A DNA stretch of 63,694 bases, the filler included, from Reticulomyxa filosa (Eukaryota > Protista > Foraminifera), in the NCBI GenBank assembly GCA_000512085.1. It is 18 parts of 18 records of this genome, joined end to end, with 100 filler letters (N's around TTAATTAATTAA, not from the genome) between each part and the next. Parts side by side here need not be neighbours in the genome. Positions count along the whole stretch, not along the records: positions 61,249 to 63,694 come from ASPP01027483.1; 17 more parts are not named here. One strand, 5' to 3'. The notes beneath the pieces were generated by a model. It was not told the DNA's origin. It saw nothing but the letters and a program-made list of their open reading frames with translations, and made no database searches. How positions within the stretch are numbered: the stretch's first letter is position 1; each line of letters begins with the position of its first letter. Made by a program: the position numbers and the translations under genes. This document shows, in pieces, positions 63,008-63,694 of this stretch.

Positions 63008-63694
63008 CTACAACTCTTTTTGAGGCCCTTTGGTCGTAGAGCGTAGATTGGAAGCAACAAAGGACCAGTTGACAAAATTCCAAAATTTGTCAATAAACTT
63101 TGCTCTTTCATTTTTGTAGTCAAGATAATAGGCGTGTTCCCAAACATCAATTGTCAACAAGGGTACTAATTCATGTTGCAATGGATTCTCTGCGTCGTGT
63201 CCCTCAAACAGTTGTAGTTTTCCTTCTTTTTTGTTCCAAGTCAGCCACACCCTTTCAATATAAATTCCCATCCCAACAAAAAAAACATACATATACATAT
63301 ATATGGATATAACACAAGCGCACATACACAAGCCATCCAGATCCAAAATGATTAGTTGCTACAGTGGCAAAGGCTTGTTTAAATTGCTCAACTGAACCAA
63401 AGTATGTTGTTAATGACGTAACCAAATCATTGGGGATTCGGTCTCGATGTTTGGGCTCAGGAGTCAAGCATTTCCAAAAAAAGTCGTAGTTATAAATTTG
63501 ACTGGCCAAATTCAAAACACCTTTCTGTAATGGTCATGTTTGCGTTTTTTTATTTGTTACTTTGTTTTCTTTCAATTTAAGGTATTCTGCATTTTTTTTC
63601 TCAACTGATACACTAGAATGCGTTATTACTTCTGGTAATGTCAAATGATACATTTCCGGTGGTGCAATCGCATTGAATTTGGTCACATATCCTG
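63008..63694 (-). CDS. Fe/Mn superoxide dismutase, Fe-type, 3' part; introns 63252-63333 (GC-AG) and ~63526-63611
   Basis: GYVTKFN, LNLASQIYNYDFFWKCL, FGSV.QFK.AF, FGSGW|VWL, HDAENPL and PLLTIDVWEHAYYLDY.N.R..F...FW..VNW. Gln in the AQ/SQ position and absence of NQD indicate the Fe type. Confidence 0.93.

Overview
This is AT-rich, intron-containing eukaryotic genomic DNA and not a contiguous locus. It consists of 18 short contigs joined by 17 identical 100-nt artificial linkers (44 N + TTAATTAATTAA + 44 N), so neighbours across linkers are not evidence of synteny. The expanded WD40/kelch/TRAF families, decayed gene copies, short (TA/TG)-rich introns and homopolymer frameshifts suggest the draft genome of a foraminiferan such as Reticulomyxa filosa (inference). 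Recognisable genes or gene fragments: a MacroD-type macrodomain, a GxGYxYP-like secreted protein, a divergent homocysteine S-methyltransferase, a USP7-like deubiquitinase, a TM-RGS protein, a C2 protein, TMEM14, an SGNH/TBL-like protein, a tandem Mind-bomb-SH3-like protein, a G-alpha subunit, a decayed non-LTR reverse transcriptase, GPCR-like proteins, a kinesin-14 fragment, a RING/TRAF protein, an XK-like protein, WD40 and kelch genes/pseudogenes, BolA, a CLN3-like transporter, a TTL-like fragment, a tandem START protein, a UBR4/BIG-like giant protein, a second RGS and an Fe-SOD. The most striking observations are four. (1) An intron-containing gene (9992-12543) encodes bacterial filamentous-haemagglutinin/CdiA-like beta-helical repeats. 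(2) A ~33-aa helical W-x8-GW box sits on its own phase-0 exon and is shared by WD40 and kelch propeller genes. (3) A GC-rich, G-U-stranded candidate structured RNA lies at ~3254-3431. (4) The Fe-SOD has a metal-ligand His->Tyr change. All family assignments come from motif recognition by eye; no database searches were run.
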